Shown piece by piece: positions 19,300 through 29,139 of a DNA stretch of 64,000 nucleotides. How positions within the stretch are numbered: the stretch's first letter is position 1; each line of letters starts with the position of its first letter. Source of the stretch: Longimicrobiales bacterium. Its GTDB lineage: Bacteria; Gemmatimonadota; Gemmatimonadetes; Longimicrobiales; Gaopeijiaceae. The notes under the pieces are model-generated. The model did no database searches. It was not told where the DNA came from and worked only from the letters and a program-made list of their open reading frames with translations. The DNA lies in assembly GCA_965204735.1 (NCBI GenBank), contig OZ242008.1, positions 2,560,001 to 2,624,000 on the forward strand. The letters are read 5' to 3'. The translations under genes were made by a program, and so were the position numbers.

Positions 19300-20601
19300 T
19301 CACTCCGTCCCGAACGGGCTCATCCCCAGCATCGTCAGAACGTCGCCGACGGTGTAGCACGATCCCGTGACCACGACGGTGCCTTCGACGGCGAGGGCAA
19401 CGGCTCGATCCAAGGCGGCGCCGATGGCGGGCTCGACCTCGATCGGCGTGTCGTCCCGCACTCGCTCCGCCGCGGCGTGGGGGTCCCAGATCCTTTCGGG
19501 CGGGGCCGACGCCGGGACGGTGAACACCACGTGGTCGGCCAAGTCGACCAGGGGCGGCAGCATTCGCGGCCAGTCCTTGTCTCCCAGGATGCCGGCCAGC
19601 GCCACGAGGGGCCGGGGCGGCGCCAGGCTGGCGAGAACGCGGGCCAGCGCGCCCACCCCCGCCTTGTTGTGGGCCACGTCGAAGACGAAGAGGCGGTCGT
19701 CGATCCGCTGGATCTGGCCGCGTCCCGGCCAGCTCACGGAGGCGACCCCCTCCTGCACTGCCGCCCGCGACGGCGGCCGGGAAAGCAGCTCCAGCGCGCC
19801 AACCGCCACCGCCGCGTTGACGGCTTGGTGAGCGCCCAGCAGAGGCGTCTCCAGCTCCAGCGCCCCCCAGCGCTCGGTCCGCACCGCGAAGCGCGTGCCG
19901 TCGGGTCCCAGCCGCAGCTCCGACACGTCCCGCCACGGGTCCACGCGGTGGAACGGAGCCCCGACCGCCGCAGCCCGGGCCTTCAGCACGGCGAGCGCCG
20001 CCGGACGCGCTTCCGCCGTCACGAAGGGAACGCCCGCCTTGGCGATCCCGGCCTTCTCTCCGGCGATCTCGGCCAGCGAGCGCCCCAGGTGTTCCTGGTG
20101 GTCGAGGGCCACGTTGGTCACCGCCGTCGCTTCGGGGACCACGACGTTGGTCGCGTCCAGCCGCCCCCCCAGCCCCACCTCGACGCACGCCACGTCCACC
20201 CCTTCCTCGGCGAAGAGCACGAAGGCCAGCAGCGTGGACGCCTCGAAGAAGGACATGCCCAGGCTCGTGGTCAGGGGGCGGAGCCGGTCGGCCGCCTCGA
20301 CCAGACGGGCCGATTCCAGGGGACGGCCGTCCACGATGACCCGCTCCCGGACCGAGCACAGGTGCGGCGAGGTGTAGAGGCCCGTCCTTCTGCCCGCGCA
20401 GTGGAGGACCGACGCCCACGTGGACGCCACCGACCCCTTCCCGTTGGTGCCCCCCACGTGGAGCGCCGAGTACCGCCGGTGGGGGTCCCCCAGCTTCGCC
20501 AGGGCCGTCTCCATCCGTTCCAGCCCCCAATCGACCTTCAGCTCCCGGCCGGGGAAGAGCTCTCCGGCAAGGGGGTCCGGCCCAGGCGCCCCCGCCTTCA
20601 G
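19300..20601 (-). CDS. folC: Bifunctional folylpolyglutamate synthase / dihydrofolate synthase
   Basis: HVGGTNGKGS, YTSPHL, EVGLGGRLDATN, WPGR, DVAHN, TGSCYTVG. Start uncertain (CTG overlapping the accD stop, or ATG further in). Confidence 0.93.
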   Translation of the reverse strand: MKAGAPGPDPLAGELFPGRELKVDWGLERMETALAKLGDPHRRYSALHVGGTNGKGSVASTWASVLHCAGRRTGLYTSPHLCSVRERVIVDGRPLESARLVEAADRLRPLTTSLGMSFFEASTLLAFVLFAEEGVDVACVEVGLGGRLDATNVVVPEATAVTNVALDHQEHLGRSLAEIAGEKAGIAKAGVPFVTAEARPAALAVLKARAAAVGAPFHRVDPWRDVSELRLGPDGTRFAVRTERWGALELETPLLGAHQAVNAAVAVGALELLSRPPSRAAVQEGVASVSWPGRGQIQRIDDRLFVFDVAHNKAGVGALARVLASLAPPRPLVALAGILGDKDWPRMLPPLVDLADHVVFTVPASAPPERIWDPHAAAERVRDDTPIEVEPAIGAALDRAVALAVEGTVVVTGSCYTVGDVLTMLGMSPFGTE

Positions 20602-21455
20602 CCCCGCTCCTCCCAGCCCGCGTGCATGTGCCGGAGCAGCGTCGCGACGGCGCCCTTCAGTTGGCGACGGTCCACCACCCGGTCCACCATGCCGTGCTCC
20701 TCCAGGAACTCGGCGCTCTGGAAGCCCTTGGGCAGCTCCTGCTTGATCGTCTCCTCGATGACCCTGGGACCGGCGAAGCCGATCAGCGCGCCGGGCTCGG
20801 CCAAGTTCGCGTCCCCCAGCATGGCGTAGGAAGCGGTCACGCCGCCGGTGGTCGGGTGCGTCAGCACGGAGACGTAGGGCAGCCGGCGCTCGTGAAGGCG
20901 CGCCAGCACCGCCGAGGTCTTGGCCATCTGCATGAGGGAAAAGATGCCTTCCATCATGCGGGCGCCTCCAGAAGCGCTCACGACCACCAGTCCGGTCCCG
21001 CCCTCCAGCGCGTCGCGCCCCGCGCGGGCGATCTTCTCGCCCACCACGGACCCCATGGAACCCCCGATGAAGGCGAAGTCCATGACGGCCAGCGCAAAGG
21101 GGATGCCGTCGATCCGCGCTCGGCCCGTCCACACCGCCTCGGTGCGGCCCGTCTTGTCCTTGGCCGCCGCCAAGCGCTCCGGATACGACTTCAGGTCGGC
21201 GAACTCCAAGGGGTCGGCGCTGGCCATCGAAGCGTCCGTCTCCTCGAAGGACCCGGGGTCGGCGAGGAGCTCCACGTAGCCGCTCGCCGCAAGGCGAAAG
21301 TGGGCGCCGCACTCGGGGCACACGTGGAGGTTGCGGACCAAGCGCTCCCGGTACAGGATCTCGCCGCACCCGTCGCACTTCTTGAAGACGTCCGCGGGAA
21401 GGTCCCGGCGCCCTTCGGACGTCAGGGGCTTCTTCTGGGTCTTGAACCAAGCCAA
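20598..21455 (-). CDS. accD: Acetyl-CoA carboxylase carboxyltransferase beta subunit
   Basis: Zinc finger CDGC...CPEC, FIGGSMGSVVGEK, SGGARMMEG, PTTGGVTASYA, IGFAGPRVI. Confidence 0.97.
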   Translation of the reverse strand: MAWFKTQKKPLTSEGRRDLPADVFKKCDGCGEILYRERLVRNLHVCPECGAHFRLAASGYVELLADPGSFEETDASMASADPLEFADLKSYPERLAAAKDKTGRTEAVWTGRARIDGIPFALAVMDFAFIGGSMGSVVGEKIARAGRDALEGGTGLVVVSASGGARMMEGIFSLMQMAKTSAVLARLHERRLPYVSVLTHPTTGGVTASYAMLGDANLAEPGALIGFAGPRVIEETIKQELPKGFQSAEFLEEHGMVDRVVDRRQLKGAVATLLRHMHAGWEERG

Positions 21456-21486
21456 GCCGGCGCTCCGATTCCTTCGACGGGGTTCG

Positions 21487-22728
21487 TCACGGGTCTTCGT
21501 CGGCCAGCTTGGCCACGATCCCGCCGGCGAACCACGACATGACGAGGAACGACCCCCCGTAGCTGATGAACGGCAGGGGTATTCCGGTGACGGGCACGAG
21601 TCCGAGGGTCATGCCCACGTTGACGAAGACGTGGGTCAGCCACGCCCCGAACGTACCGAAGATGAACAGGCCGGCAAAGGGCGTCTTGGAGATCTCCGCC
21701 ATGCCGATCATGCGGAAGAAGAGCACTCCGAAGAGGAAGAGCAGCATTACCGTGCCCACGAAGCCGAACTCCTCGCCCACCACGCTGAAGACGAAGTCGG
21801 TGTGCTGCTCCGGCAGGAAGTTGAGCCGCTTCTGGGATCCGGCGGTGAAGCCCTTGCCGAAGAGCCCGCCGCTCCCCACGGCCACCTTGGACTGGACCAG
21901 CTGGTATCCGGCGCCTCGCGGGTCGAGGGCCGGGTCCAGGAAGACGAGAATGCGGTTGCGCTGGTAGTCGGCCAGGGACTTCCACAGGGGCAGGGCCGCC
22001 GCGCCCGCGGCCACGTTGGCCAGGATCACCGTCACCGACTCCACCAGGTAGAGGCGGTAGCGGTACAGGTAGAGGCCCGTGGCCACGGCCACGATGTACA
22101 CGGACCAGACGAGGAGGTCGAAGGAAAGGACGAGGGCGAGCCCCGGCGACGCCGCGAAGAGGAGCAGGGGCCACGACGTGCCGGCCCAGAAGAGAACGGC
22201 GAAGAAGATGCCGACGAAGGCGAGCGCCGTGCCCAAGTCCGGTTGCAGGACGACCAGTCCCAGGGGCAGCCCCACGAGCGTCGCCGGAACCAGGAGGTCC
22301 CGCAGGTATCGAGGAGGCTCCTCCCGGGCCGCCAGCAGCTTCGCCAAGGCAAGGACGGTGGCGATCTTGGCCGCCTCGGCGGGCTGGAACTGAAAGCCTC
22401 CGACAGCGATGAAGCTCTTGGTGCCCGCGGCCGTGCCGGAGCCTGTGCCAATGAAGAGGGTGACCGCCAGCACCGCCGTCGCGAGAACGTAGGCGGGCAT
22501 CGCCGCCCACTCGAACCACAGGATCGATATCCGCGAAGCCGCCATGAAGGCGACGATCGAGGCGCCGAGGATCACCGCTTGGCGGAGCCAGAGCCCGCTG
22601 GTCACGGGACTGGGAACGTCGAGCTGGCCCGCGGAGTAGATCATCGCCACGCCGACGATCGAGAGGATCAGCAGCGTCGCGGCGAAGGGCAGCTGCCGAC
22701 CCCACGGCGGCTGCCAGCGGCTCGTCAC
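21487..22728 (-). CDS. rodA: Rod shape-determining protein RodA
   Basis: FQPAEAAK, LQPDLGTA, GYQLVQSKVAVGSGG, FLPEQHTDF, TGIPLPFISYGGS. GTGA overlap with mrdA. Confidence 0.95.
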   Translation of the reverse strand: MTSRWQPPWGRQLPFAATLLILSIVGVAMIYSAGQLDVPSPVTSGLWLRQAVILGASIVAFMAASRISILWFEWAAMPAYVLATAVLAVTLFIGTGSGTAAGTKSFIAVGGFQFQPAEAAKIATVLALAKLLAAREEPPRYLRDLLVPATLVGLPLGLVVLQPDLGTALAFVGIFFAVLFWAGTSWPLLLFAASPGLALVLSFDLLVWSVYIVAVATGLYLYRYRLYLVESVTVILANVAAGAAALPLWKSLADYQRNRILVFLDPALDPRGAGYQLVQSKVAVGSGGLFGKGFTAGSQKRLNFLPEQHTDFVFSVVGEEFGFVGTVMLLFLFGVLFFRMIGMAEISKTPFAGLFIFGTFGAWLTHVFVNVGMTLGLVPVTGIPLPFISYGGSFLVMSWFAGGIVAKLADEDP

Positions 22729-24569
22729 GGACCCGGACGGGTGCGGGACCAAGCGACGCTCCGGCCGGCGCGGATGTGCTCCAGCCGGGTCTGGATCGTG
22801 TCCCGGGGGATCCCGTGCTTGCCCCGCAGGTAGAAGTCGGCCGTCTTGGCGGCCACCGGCGCGGCGACGCTCGAACCGCTGCCGCCGAACTCGACCAGGA
22901 CGACCACCACCACTTCGGGTTCGCCCTCCCAGGGTCCCGCGATCGCGGTGAACCACGCATGGTCCGGCTGGTCGGCGCCGCTCTGGGCCGTGCCGGTCTT
23001 GCCGATCAGGTCGAAGTGCTCCAGCGACGCCATGTGGGCCGTTCCGCCCGCCGCCGTCACGCGACGGAGTCCCTCCCTTAGCTCCTGCAGGCTTTCCGCC
23101 GATATCTCCAGCCGCCAGCCGTCGGGCGTCGCGGCCGACCTTCGGAGCGCCGGCGCCGGCGCCGAGCCGTCGCGGGCCACCGCCAGGAAGAACTGGGCCA
23201 TCTTCAGGGGCGTCTGGGAGTTGGGCCCCTGCCCCAAGGCCAAGTTGAGCACCTCGCCCTCGAATGGGGCGTACCCGAAGCGGTTCACCCAGTACTCCCT
23301 GCCGCCAGGGAAGATGCCGGCTTCCTCTTGCGGAAGATCGATGCCGCACCGGTCGCCGAAGCCCATTCGGTTGCCGCCTTCCAGCATGCGGCCGAGGCCG
23401 ATGCGCAGTCCCAGCTGGTAGAAGTACACGTTGCACGAGTGCTGAATCGCCCCGGCAAGGTCCAAGGCCCCGTGGCCCTCGGGCTTCCAGCACCGGTACG
23501 TGCGGCTGCCGTAGCGGAACCGGCCGCGGCATGGGACGGGCATCTGCTCCTTGGGGGACACGACGCCGGCTTCCAGAGCGATCGCCGCGCTGGCAAGCTT
23601 CCAGGTGGACCCGGGCGGATACCTTCCCATGACCGCCCGGTTCATGAGGGGGCTGGTCGGATCTCGGCTGAGCCGGTCCCACTCCGTCGGGTCCAGCACG
23701 CCGGCGAAGAGGTTGGGGTCGAACGCCGGCGCCGAGTAGAGCGCCAGCACGTCGCCCGTCTCGACCTCCAGGACCACCACCGCGCCGGCGTGTTCCTCCG
23801 GGAAGATGTGGTGGATCCACTCCATGAGGTCCAGGTCCAGAGCCAAGTCCAGGTCCGATCCGGCCTGCTCGGGCACGCCCGCCGCGCCCCCCCGGAACGA
23901 GCTGATCCGGCCCACCGCGTCGACCTCGACGTACCGCGTGCCGGCCTTTCCCTGCAGCTGCGCCTCGTACTCGGCTTCGATGCCGGCCTTTCCGACCACG
24001 GCGCCCGCTTCGAGTCGCTCGAACTCCGGCTGCTCCAGCTCTTCCTCGCTCACCTCTCCCACGTACCCGAGAACGTGAGCGCCCACCGAGCCGGCCGGAT
24101 AGCGCCGCTTCGGGCGCGACTCGATCAGCACTCCCGGAAACACCGATCTGCGCTCTTCGATCGCCGCCACGGCGTCGAAGGGGGCGTCCGGCGACACGAG
24201 GACTGACTGGTAGGGGTTTGCCCGGGCCACTCCCTCGATGTGGCGGAAGCGCTCGTCCTCCATCGGCAGCTGCTCCCGAAGCTTGACGAGGGTCGCCACC
24301 ACGGAGTCGGGCCGCGACGCCAGAATCGAGATCGAGTATCCCGGAGCGTTGTCGGCGAGGACCCGCCCGGCCCTGTCGCGGACGATGCCTCGGGGCGGAG
24401 GCACGGTGAGCGAGCGCAGCCGGTTGGACTCGGACTGAAGCAGCCACTCGGAGGAACCCAGGACTTGGCCGCGGAAGAGGGTCGCGGCCAGCATCCCGAG
24501 GAGGACGATCGCGGCCACCCGGGCCAACGTCGCCTGGGTCTTCTGCTCGAGGGGACGGTAGCCGCTCAC
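22725..24569 (-). CDS. mrdA: Penicillin-binding protein 2
   Basis: PRGIVRDRAG, YPPGSTWK (SxxK), SCNVYFY (SxN), GKTGTAQ (KTG); lies between mreD and rodA. Confidence 0.95.
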   Translation of the reverse strand: MSGYRPLEQKTQATLARVAAIVLLGMLAATLFRGQVLGSSEWLLQSESNRLRSLTVPPPRGIVRDRAGRVLADNAPGYSISILASRPDSVVATLVKLREQLPMEDERFRHIEGVARANPYQSVLVSPDAPFDAVAAIEERRSVFPGVLIESRPKRRYPAGSVGAHVLGYVGEVSEEELEQPEFERLEAGAVVGKAGIEAEYEAQLQGKAGTRYVEVDAVGRISSFRGGAAGVPEQAGSDLDLALDLDLMEWIHHIFPEEHAGAVVVLEVETGDVLALYSAPAFDPNLFAGVLDPTEWDRLSRDPTSPLMNRAVMGRYPPGSTWKLASAAIALEAGVVSPKEQMPVPCRGRFRYGSRTYRCWKPEGHGALDLAGAIQHSCNVYFYQLGLRIGLGRMLEGGNRMGFGDRCGIDLPQEEAGIFPGGREYWVNRFGYAPFEGEVLNLALGQGPNSQTPLKMAQFFLAVARDGSAPAPALRRSAATPDGWRLEISAESLQELREGLRRVTAAGGTAHMASLEHFDLIGKTGTAQSGADQPDHAWFTAIAGPWEGEPEVVVVVLVEFGGSGSSVAAPVAAKTADFYLRGKHGIPRDTIQTRLEHIRAGRSVAWSRTRPGP

Positions 24570-25039
24570 TGCTTGTTCCTGGAGTGCGCGGGGAAGCAGA
24601 GCAGGACGGCCACGCCCACCACGGCCGCGTACAGCGCCGCAACGAGCGAGTCCGGAAGAACGTGCCGCGCGAACTCCGGGCGGCCCGGGCCCGAGACCGA
24701 CCACGCAAGCACGTCCCGTCCCCACTTGCCCAAGAAGAAGTAGGTGGCCAGGAAGGGCAGCGATTCGCCGACGAAGTAGTCTCGAAAGCGGGCGCCGCCC
24801 GCTCCGGCCAGCGTCGTTGCCAGGGCGAAGGCGCCGAACGAGCTCATGGCGAGGGCGTCCTCCGTCAAGCCGACGGCAAACCCCGTCGCGGCCGCCGATC
24901 GCGTGTCCATGACACGACTCCCCACCAGAACCGCCACCATCGCCAAGTCCGGCGACCCGGCCCCGAAGCCCAGGCCGGCGCGGAGCAGCATGTGGATCGC
25001 GAAGAGGGCGAGCAGCAGCAGCGCCATCGGGGGCTTCAT
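24566..25039 (-). CDS. mreD: Rod shape-determining protein MreD
   Basis: Hydrophobic 157-aa protein with PDL motif, located between mreC and mrdA. Confidence 0.85.
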   Translation of the reverse strand: MKPPMALLLLALFAIHMLLRAGLGFGAGSPDLAMVAVLVGSRVMDTRSAAATGFAVGLTEDALAMSSFGAFALATTLAGAGGARFRDYFVGESLPFLATYFFLGKWGRDVLAWSVSGPGRPEFARHVLPDSLVAALYAAVVGVAVLLCFPAHSRNKQ

Positions 25040-26118
25040 GGGGGACCGCTCGCGGCGCCGGCAGCGGATGCGCTCGACGCCGTGTCGGGTGCAGGGGACG
25101 ACGTGTCGGGCGCGGCGGGCAGGGAATCAGGCGTGGTCAAGGAATCGGGCGCGGTCAGCGAGTCGGGCGCGGCGGGCAGGGAGTCGGGCCGGACAGCCGG
25201 GGAGTCAGCCGGGACGGCCAGGGAATCGGGCGCGGGCAAGGAGTCGGGCGCGGCGGGCAAGGAATCGGGCGCGACCCCGGTGGAGTCGGAGGCGAACGCC
25301 GCCGGCTTCGGGAGCGGCCCGATCTCCACGGAGGCGTGAGTCACCGACCCCGGATGGACGGCGGGCTGCACGTAGTAGCTCGCGCTCCATCCGGCCGACG
25401 TCTCGGCGACCCCCATGACCCAGCCGATGAGGACCCCCCTTGGAAACGCTCCCCCCCGGCCGGACGTCAGTATCTCCACTCCCGTCTCCAGGCCCGACAG
25501 GTAGGCCGTCCCGCGGAGCAGCAGCAGGTCCTGCTCGCGGTAGTCGCCCCGAACGGGCTCCACCAAGCCGTGGGCCGTTCCGTCGGCGCTCATGGCCGAG
25601 GCCCGAAAGTCGGGGTGGGACCAGTCGAACGCCGTGGCGGAGCGGGCGCGCACGTCCTGCACCTGGCCCAGCAGGCCCGTCTCCGTGACCACCGCGTCGA
25701 ACTGCTCGATCCCGCTCGCCGCTCCAGCGTCCATGTAGAAGACGCTGCCGGCGGCGGTCGTGCCCGGTCGAACGACGGTCACCGGCACGAACCGGCCGGG
25801 CCGGCGCTGGGGAAGGATCAGCAGCCCGCGCAGTTGCCGGTTCTCCTCGGCCAAGGTTCGCCGGGCCGCCACCAAGGTCAGCAGCGAGTCGTACTGGGCT
25901 CTGAGCACGTCGTAGTCCATGGCGCGCGCCTTGTACCGGGTCACGGCGCCGTTGATCGCCAGGAAGGGTTGCAGCACCGAGCTCCTGACGGCTTCGCCCA
26001 CGGCGTGCTGCGTCCTCTCCGGCAGCTTCATGAGGATCGCCGACGCCATGACCAGGAGAAGGGTCGCCAAGAAGTCGATCCTGCCGCTGCCCCAGTCGTC
26101 GCTCGCCCGGACCGCCAT
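25036..26118 (-). CDS. mreC: Rod shape-determining protein MreC with repeat-rich C-terminal tail
   Basis: N-terminal TM, coiled coil LAEENRQLRGLL, GLLGQV, TSGRGGAFPRGVLIG; follows mreB. Confidence 0.9.
   Translation of the reverse strand: MAVRASDDWGSGRIDFLATLLLVMASAILMKLPERTQHAVGEAVRSSVLQPFLAINGAVTRYKARAMDYDVLRAQYDSLLTLVAARRTLAEENRQLRGLLILPQRRPGRFVPVTVVRPGTTAAGSVFYMDAGAASGIEQFDAVVTETGLLGQVQDVRARSATAFDWSHPDFRASAMSADGTAHGLVEPVRGDYREQDLLLLRGTAYLSGLETGVEILTSGRGGAFPRGVLIGWVMGVAETSAGWSASYYVQPAVHPGSVTHASVEIGPLPKPAAFASDSTGVAPDSLPAAPDSLPAPDSLAVPADSPAVRPDSLPAAPDSLTAPDSLTTPDSLPAAPDTSSPAPDTASSASAAGAASGPP
25075..25290 (-). repeat. In-frame 18-24-bp degenerate repeats (PDSLxA, about 10 units) in the MreC tail
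   Basis: Translation APDSLPAAPDSLPAPDSLAVPADSPAVRPDSLPAAPDSLTAPDSLTTPDSLPAAPDTSS. Confidence 0.85.
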
Positions 26119-26154
26119 GCCAGCCCTCCTGCCCGCTCCGGGAATGTCGAAGGA

Positions 26155-27237
26155 CTACGTTGCCAAGACCGTTTGGTACTTGGCGAACTCGTCCAAGATG
26201 CGGCCCGTCCCCCGGACCACGCACGTGGTGGGTTCGTCGTCCACCTTCACGTGCAGGTTGGTCTCAAGCGCGATCAGCTCTCCGAGGCCTCGGATGAGCG
26301 CCCCGCCGCCCGTCATGACGATGCCGTGGTCCACGATGTCCGACGCCAGCTCGGGAGGCGTGATCTCGAGAGCTGCGCGCACGGCCTCCACGATGGAGCC
26401 GATCTGCTCCATCATGCACTCCCGAACCTCCTGGGAGTGGATCGGGACCATCTTCGGTATCCCGGAGACCAGGTCCCGGCCCTTCACTTCGATCTCCCGC
26501 TCGTCTTCCGTCTCCATCGCCGATCCGATCTGCATCTTGATCGCCTCGGCAGTCGGCTCGCCGATGAGCAAGTTGTAGTTCTTCCTGAGGAAGGTCAGTA
26601 TGCACTGATCGAGTTCGTCGCCGCCGATCCTGATCGACGTGTCGGAGACGATCCCCGCCAGCGCGATGACCGCAATCTCGGTCGTGCCGCCCCCGATGTC
26701 GATGACCATGTTGCCGCGAGGCGTCTCGATGGGCAGACCCACGCCGATCGCCGCCGCCATGGGCTCGGCCACCATGTAGACCTTGTTGGCGCCCGCCGCC
26801 TGCGCCGAGGAACGCACCGCCCGCCGCTCCAGCTCGGTGATTCCGGAAGGCACCCCCACCACGACCCTGGGCTTGACCCGGAAGACCCGCTTCCTCATGA
26901 CCTGCTTGAGGAAGTATCGGAGCATGAGCTCCGTGATGTCCACGTCTGCGATCACCCCGTCCCTGAGAGGGCGAATCGCCTCGATTCCGCCAGGGGTTCG
27001 GCCGAGCATCCGCTTGGCCTCGAGCCCCACTCCCAGGATGTTCCGGGTGCCCCGCTCCACCGCCACGACCGACGGCTCGTTCAGGACTACGCCTTCACCC
27101 TTGACGTAGGCCAGGGTGTTGGCTGTCCCAAGATCGACCCCGATGTCGCTCGTCGGGACCAGCCGTTGCGAGTTGAACCACTTGAAGATGGGCTTCAACA
27201 GCCGTGGCGAGCCGCGACGGGCTCGAGTTTGGGACAC
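26155..27237 (-). CDS. mreB: Rod shape-determining protein MreB
   Basis: IGVDLGTANT, EPSVVA, RPLRDGVIAD, EPMAAAIG, DIGGGTTE, TGGGAL. True start may be slightly downstream. Confidence 0.97.
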   Translation of the reverse strand: MSQTRARRGSPRLLKPIFKWFNSQRLVPTSDIGVDLGTANTLAYVKGEGVVLNEPSVVAVERGTRNILGVGLEAKRMLGRTPGGIEAIRPLRDGVIADVDITELMLRYFLKQVMRKRVFRVKPRVVVGVPSGITELERRAVRSSAQAAGANKVYMVAEPMAAAIGVGLPIETPRGNMVIDIGGGTTEIAVIALAGIVSDTSIRIGGDELDQCILTFLRKNYNLLIGEPTAEAIKMQIGSAMETEDEREIEVKGRDLVSGIPKMVPIHSQEVRECMMEQIGSIVEAVRAALEITPPELASDIVDHGIVMTGGGALIRGLGELIALETNLHVKVDDEPTTCVVRGTGRILDEFAKYQTVLAT

Positions 27238-27265
27238 GTGTGTCGCGCGGCGAGATCAACGCGGC

Positions 27266-27274
27266 AATTTAGCA
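27266..27274 (-). promoter_or_regulatory. Extended -10 (TG-C-TAAATT) upstream of mreB
   Basis: AT-rich patch aatttagca on +, i.e. TGCTAAATT on -. Confidence 0.45.
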
Positions 27275-27295
27275 ACTTTGAAGCCATCACGTAAG

Positions 27296-27480
27296 GGGGG
27301 CCTGCTGCGCGCCCTCGAGGGGAGCCCGCTGCGCGCCTTTGGGGGAAGCCCGCTGCACGTCCTTGGGGGAAGCCTGCTGCACGCCCTGCGGGGAAGCCCG
27401 CTGCACGCCCTTGGGGGGAGCCCGCTGCACGCCCTTGACGGCAACCTGCCGTACGCCCTTGAGGGAAGCCCGCCACGCCT
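27296..27480. repeat. Intergenic 24-bp tandem repeat, 7 full copies plus 1 partial
   Basis: Consensus GGAAGCCCGCTGCACGCCCTTGGG starting at 27296, 27320, 27344, 27368, 27392, 27416, 27440 and 27464; no spacers. Confidence 0.92.
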
Positions 27481-27511
27481 TCCCTGGGACCCGCTCTGCT
27501 CGCCCTGCGGG

Positions 27512-28009
27512 TCATCCGTCGCCCGTGCTCCCGAACCCCGCTGCGCCTCTCCGGGTCCCCGAGAGCTGGACCACCTCCTCCACTGCAGGCGACAAGCACC
27601 AGGCGAAGACGAGCTGGGCGATCCGGTCGCCTCGGCGCACGTCCACCGGCGCCTGGCCCAGGTTGTGGAGGAGGACCTTGACCTCTCCCCGGTAGTCCCA
27701 GTCGATCGTCCCCGGGCTGTTGGGCACGGTCACGCGAGAGCGGGCGGCGAGCCCGGAACGGGGCCGCACTTGGCACTCGATCCCCGGCGGGAGTTCGATG
27801 GCGAGGCCCGTGGGCACCGCGCACACTTCGCCGGGCTCCAACCGCACGTCCTCGCAGCTCCGAACGTCGTAGCCGGCGGCACCTTCGGTCTTCGGCGCCG
27901 GCAGGGGCAGGTCGGGGTTCGTGGCCAACCTCTTGAACCGAACGGGCGGACACGCCGTGCCCGCGGACTCGGCGGCGGCCCGTCGGCGTTGCGGCTCAGC
28001 CGGCGACAT
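27512..28009 (-). CDS. dut: dUTP diphosphatase
   Basis: [47 protein letters not shown]. Confidence 0.95.
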   Translation of the reverse strand: MSPAEPQRRRAAAESAGTACPPVRFKRLATNPDLPLPAPKTEGAAGYDVRSCEDVRLEPGEVCAVPTGLAIELPPGIECQVRPRSGLAARSRVTVPNSPGTIDWDYRGEVKVLLHNLGQAPVDVRRGDRIAQLVFAWCLSPAVEEVVQLSGTRRGAAGFGSTGDG

Positions 28010-29129
28010 CGGTCCTGCCGCCCGGCGCGCCTTCCGCCTCGAAGGGCAGCCCAAACGTTTCGGCCACTCCTTGGTGCACGACGTTGCCGTCCACCACGCT
28101 CACTCCGCAAGCCAAGCCCGGATCGTCCTCGCACGCCTTGCGCCACCCCTTGCGGGCCAGCTGGACGGCGTAGGGCAACGTGGCGTTGGCAAGGGCCAGA
28201 GTCGACGAACGGGGCACCGCGCCGGGCATGTTCGCGACGCCGTAGTGGACCACGTCCTCCACTCGGTAGACCGGATCCTCGTGGGTGGTGGGGCGGATCG
28301 TCTCCACGCAGCCGCCCTGGTCCACGGCCACGTCCACGATCACGGAACCCGGGCGCATCGTCTTCAGGTCCTTTCGACGGACCAGGTTGGGCGCCTTCTT
28401 GCCCGGCAGGAGGACCGCGCCCACCACCAAGTCCGCGTCCACGAGCTGCTTGCGGACCGCGTAGCGGGTCGAGTAGAGCATGCTCACGTTGGCGGGCATC
28501 ACGTCGGCAAGGTGCCGCAGCCTGGGCAGCGAGACGTCCATGACGGCGACCCTGGCGCCAAGCCCCGCCGCCATCCTGGCCGCCTGCGCGCCCACGACTC
28601 CGCCCCCCAGCACGAGCACCTTCGCCGGCGCCACGCCCGGAACGCCGCCGAGCAGGACCCCGGAACCGCCTGCCGGCCGCTCCAGGTACTTGGCGCCCGC
28701 CTGCACCGCCATCCGGCCCGCCACCTCGCTCATGGGAGTCAGCAGGGGGAGCTCGCCGCCGGGCGACTCGACGGTCTCGTAGGCGACGGCCACGATCCCG
28801 CTCTCCATCACCGCTCGGGTAAGAGCCTCGGAGGCCGCGAAGTGGAAGTACGTGAAGACGACTTGGTCTTGCCGCATCAAGGGCCACTCGGACGGCATCG
28901 GCTCCTTGACCTTCATGATCATGTCGGCTCGGGACCAGACTTCTTCGGCCGCGACGACGACCTCCGCGCCGCTGCGACGGTAGAAGTCGTCGGTGAAGCC
29001 GCTCTCGCCGCCGGCTCCGGCCTGGACCACGACCTCCTGGCCGGCCGCCGCCAGCGCCTCCACCCCGGCGGGGGTGATCGCTACGCGGTATTCGTTGTTC
29101 TTGATCTCAGCGGGAACGCCGACGAGCAT
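27996..29129 (-). CDS. ald: Alanine dehydrogenase
   Basis: [54 protein letters not shown]. Confidence 0.96.
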   Translation of the reverse strand: MLVGVPAEIKNNEYRVAITPAGVEALAAAGQEVVVQAGAGGESGFTDDFYRRSGAEVVVAAEEVWSRADMIMKVKEPMPSEWPLMRQDQVVFTYFHFAASEALTRAVMESGIVAVAYETVESPGGELPLLTPMSEVAGRMAVQAGAKYLERPAGGSGVLLGGVPGVAPAKVLVLGGGVVGAQAARMAAGLGARVAVMDVSLPRLRHLADVMPANVSMLYSTRYAVRKQLVDADLVVGAVLLPGKKAPNLVRRKDLKTMRPGSVIVDVAVDQGGCVETIRPTTHEDPVYRVEDVVHYGVANMPGAVPRSSTLALANATLPYAVQLARKGWRKACEDDPGLACGVSVVDGNVVHQGVAETFGLPFEAEGAPGGRTDVAG

Positions 29130-29139
29130 GGTGGACGCT

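Noticed and set aside
27296..27480. 24-bp array as a CRISPR
   Set aside because: The units are contiguous and degenerate, with no unique spacers.
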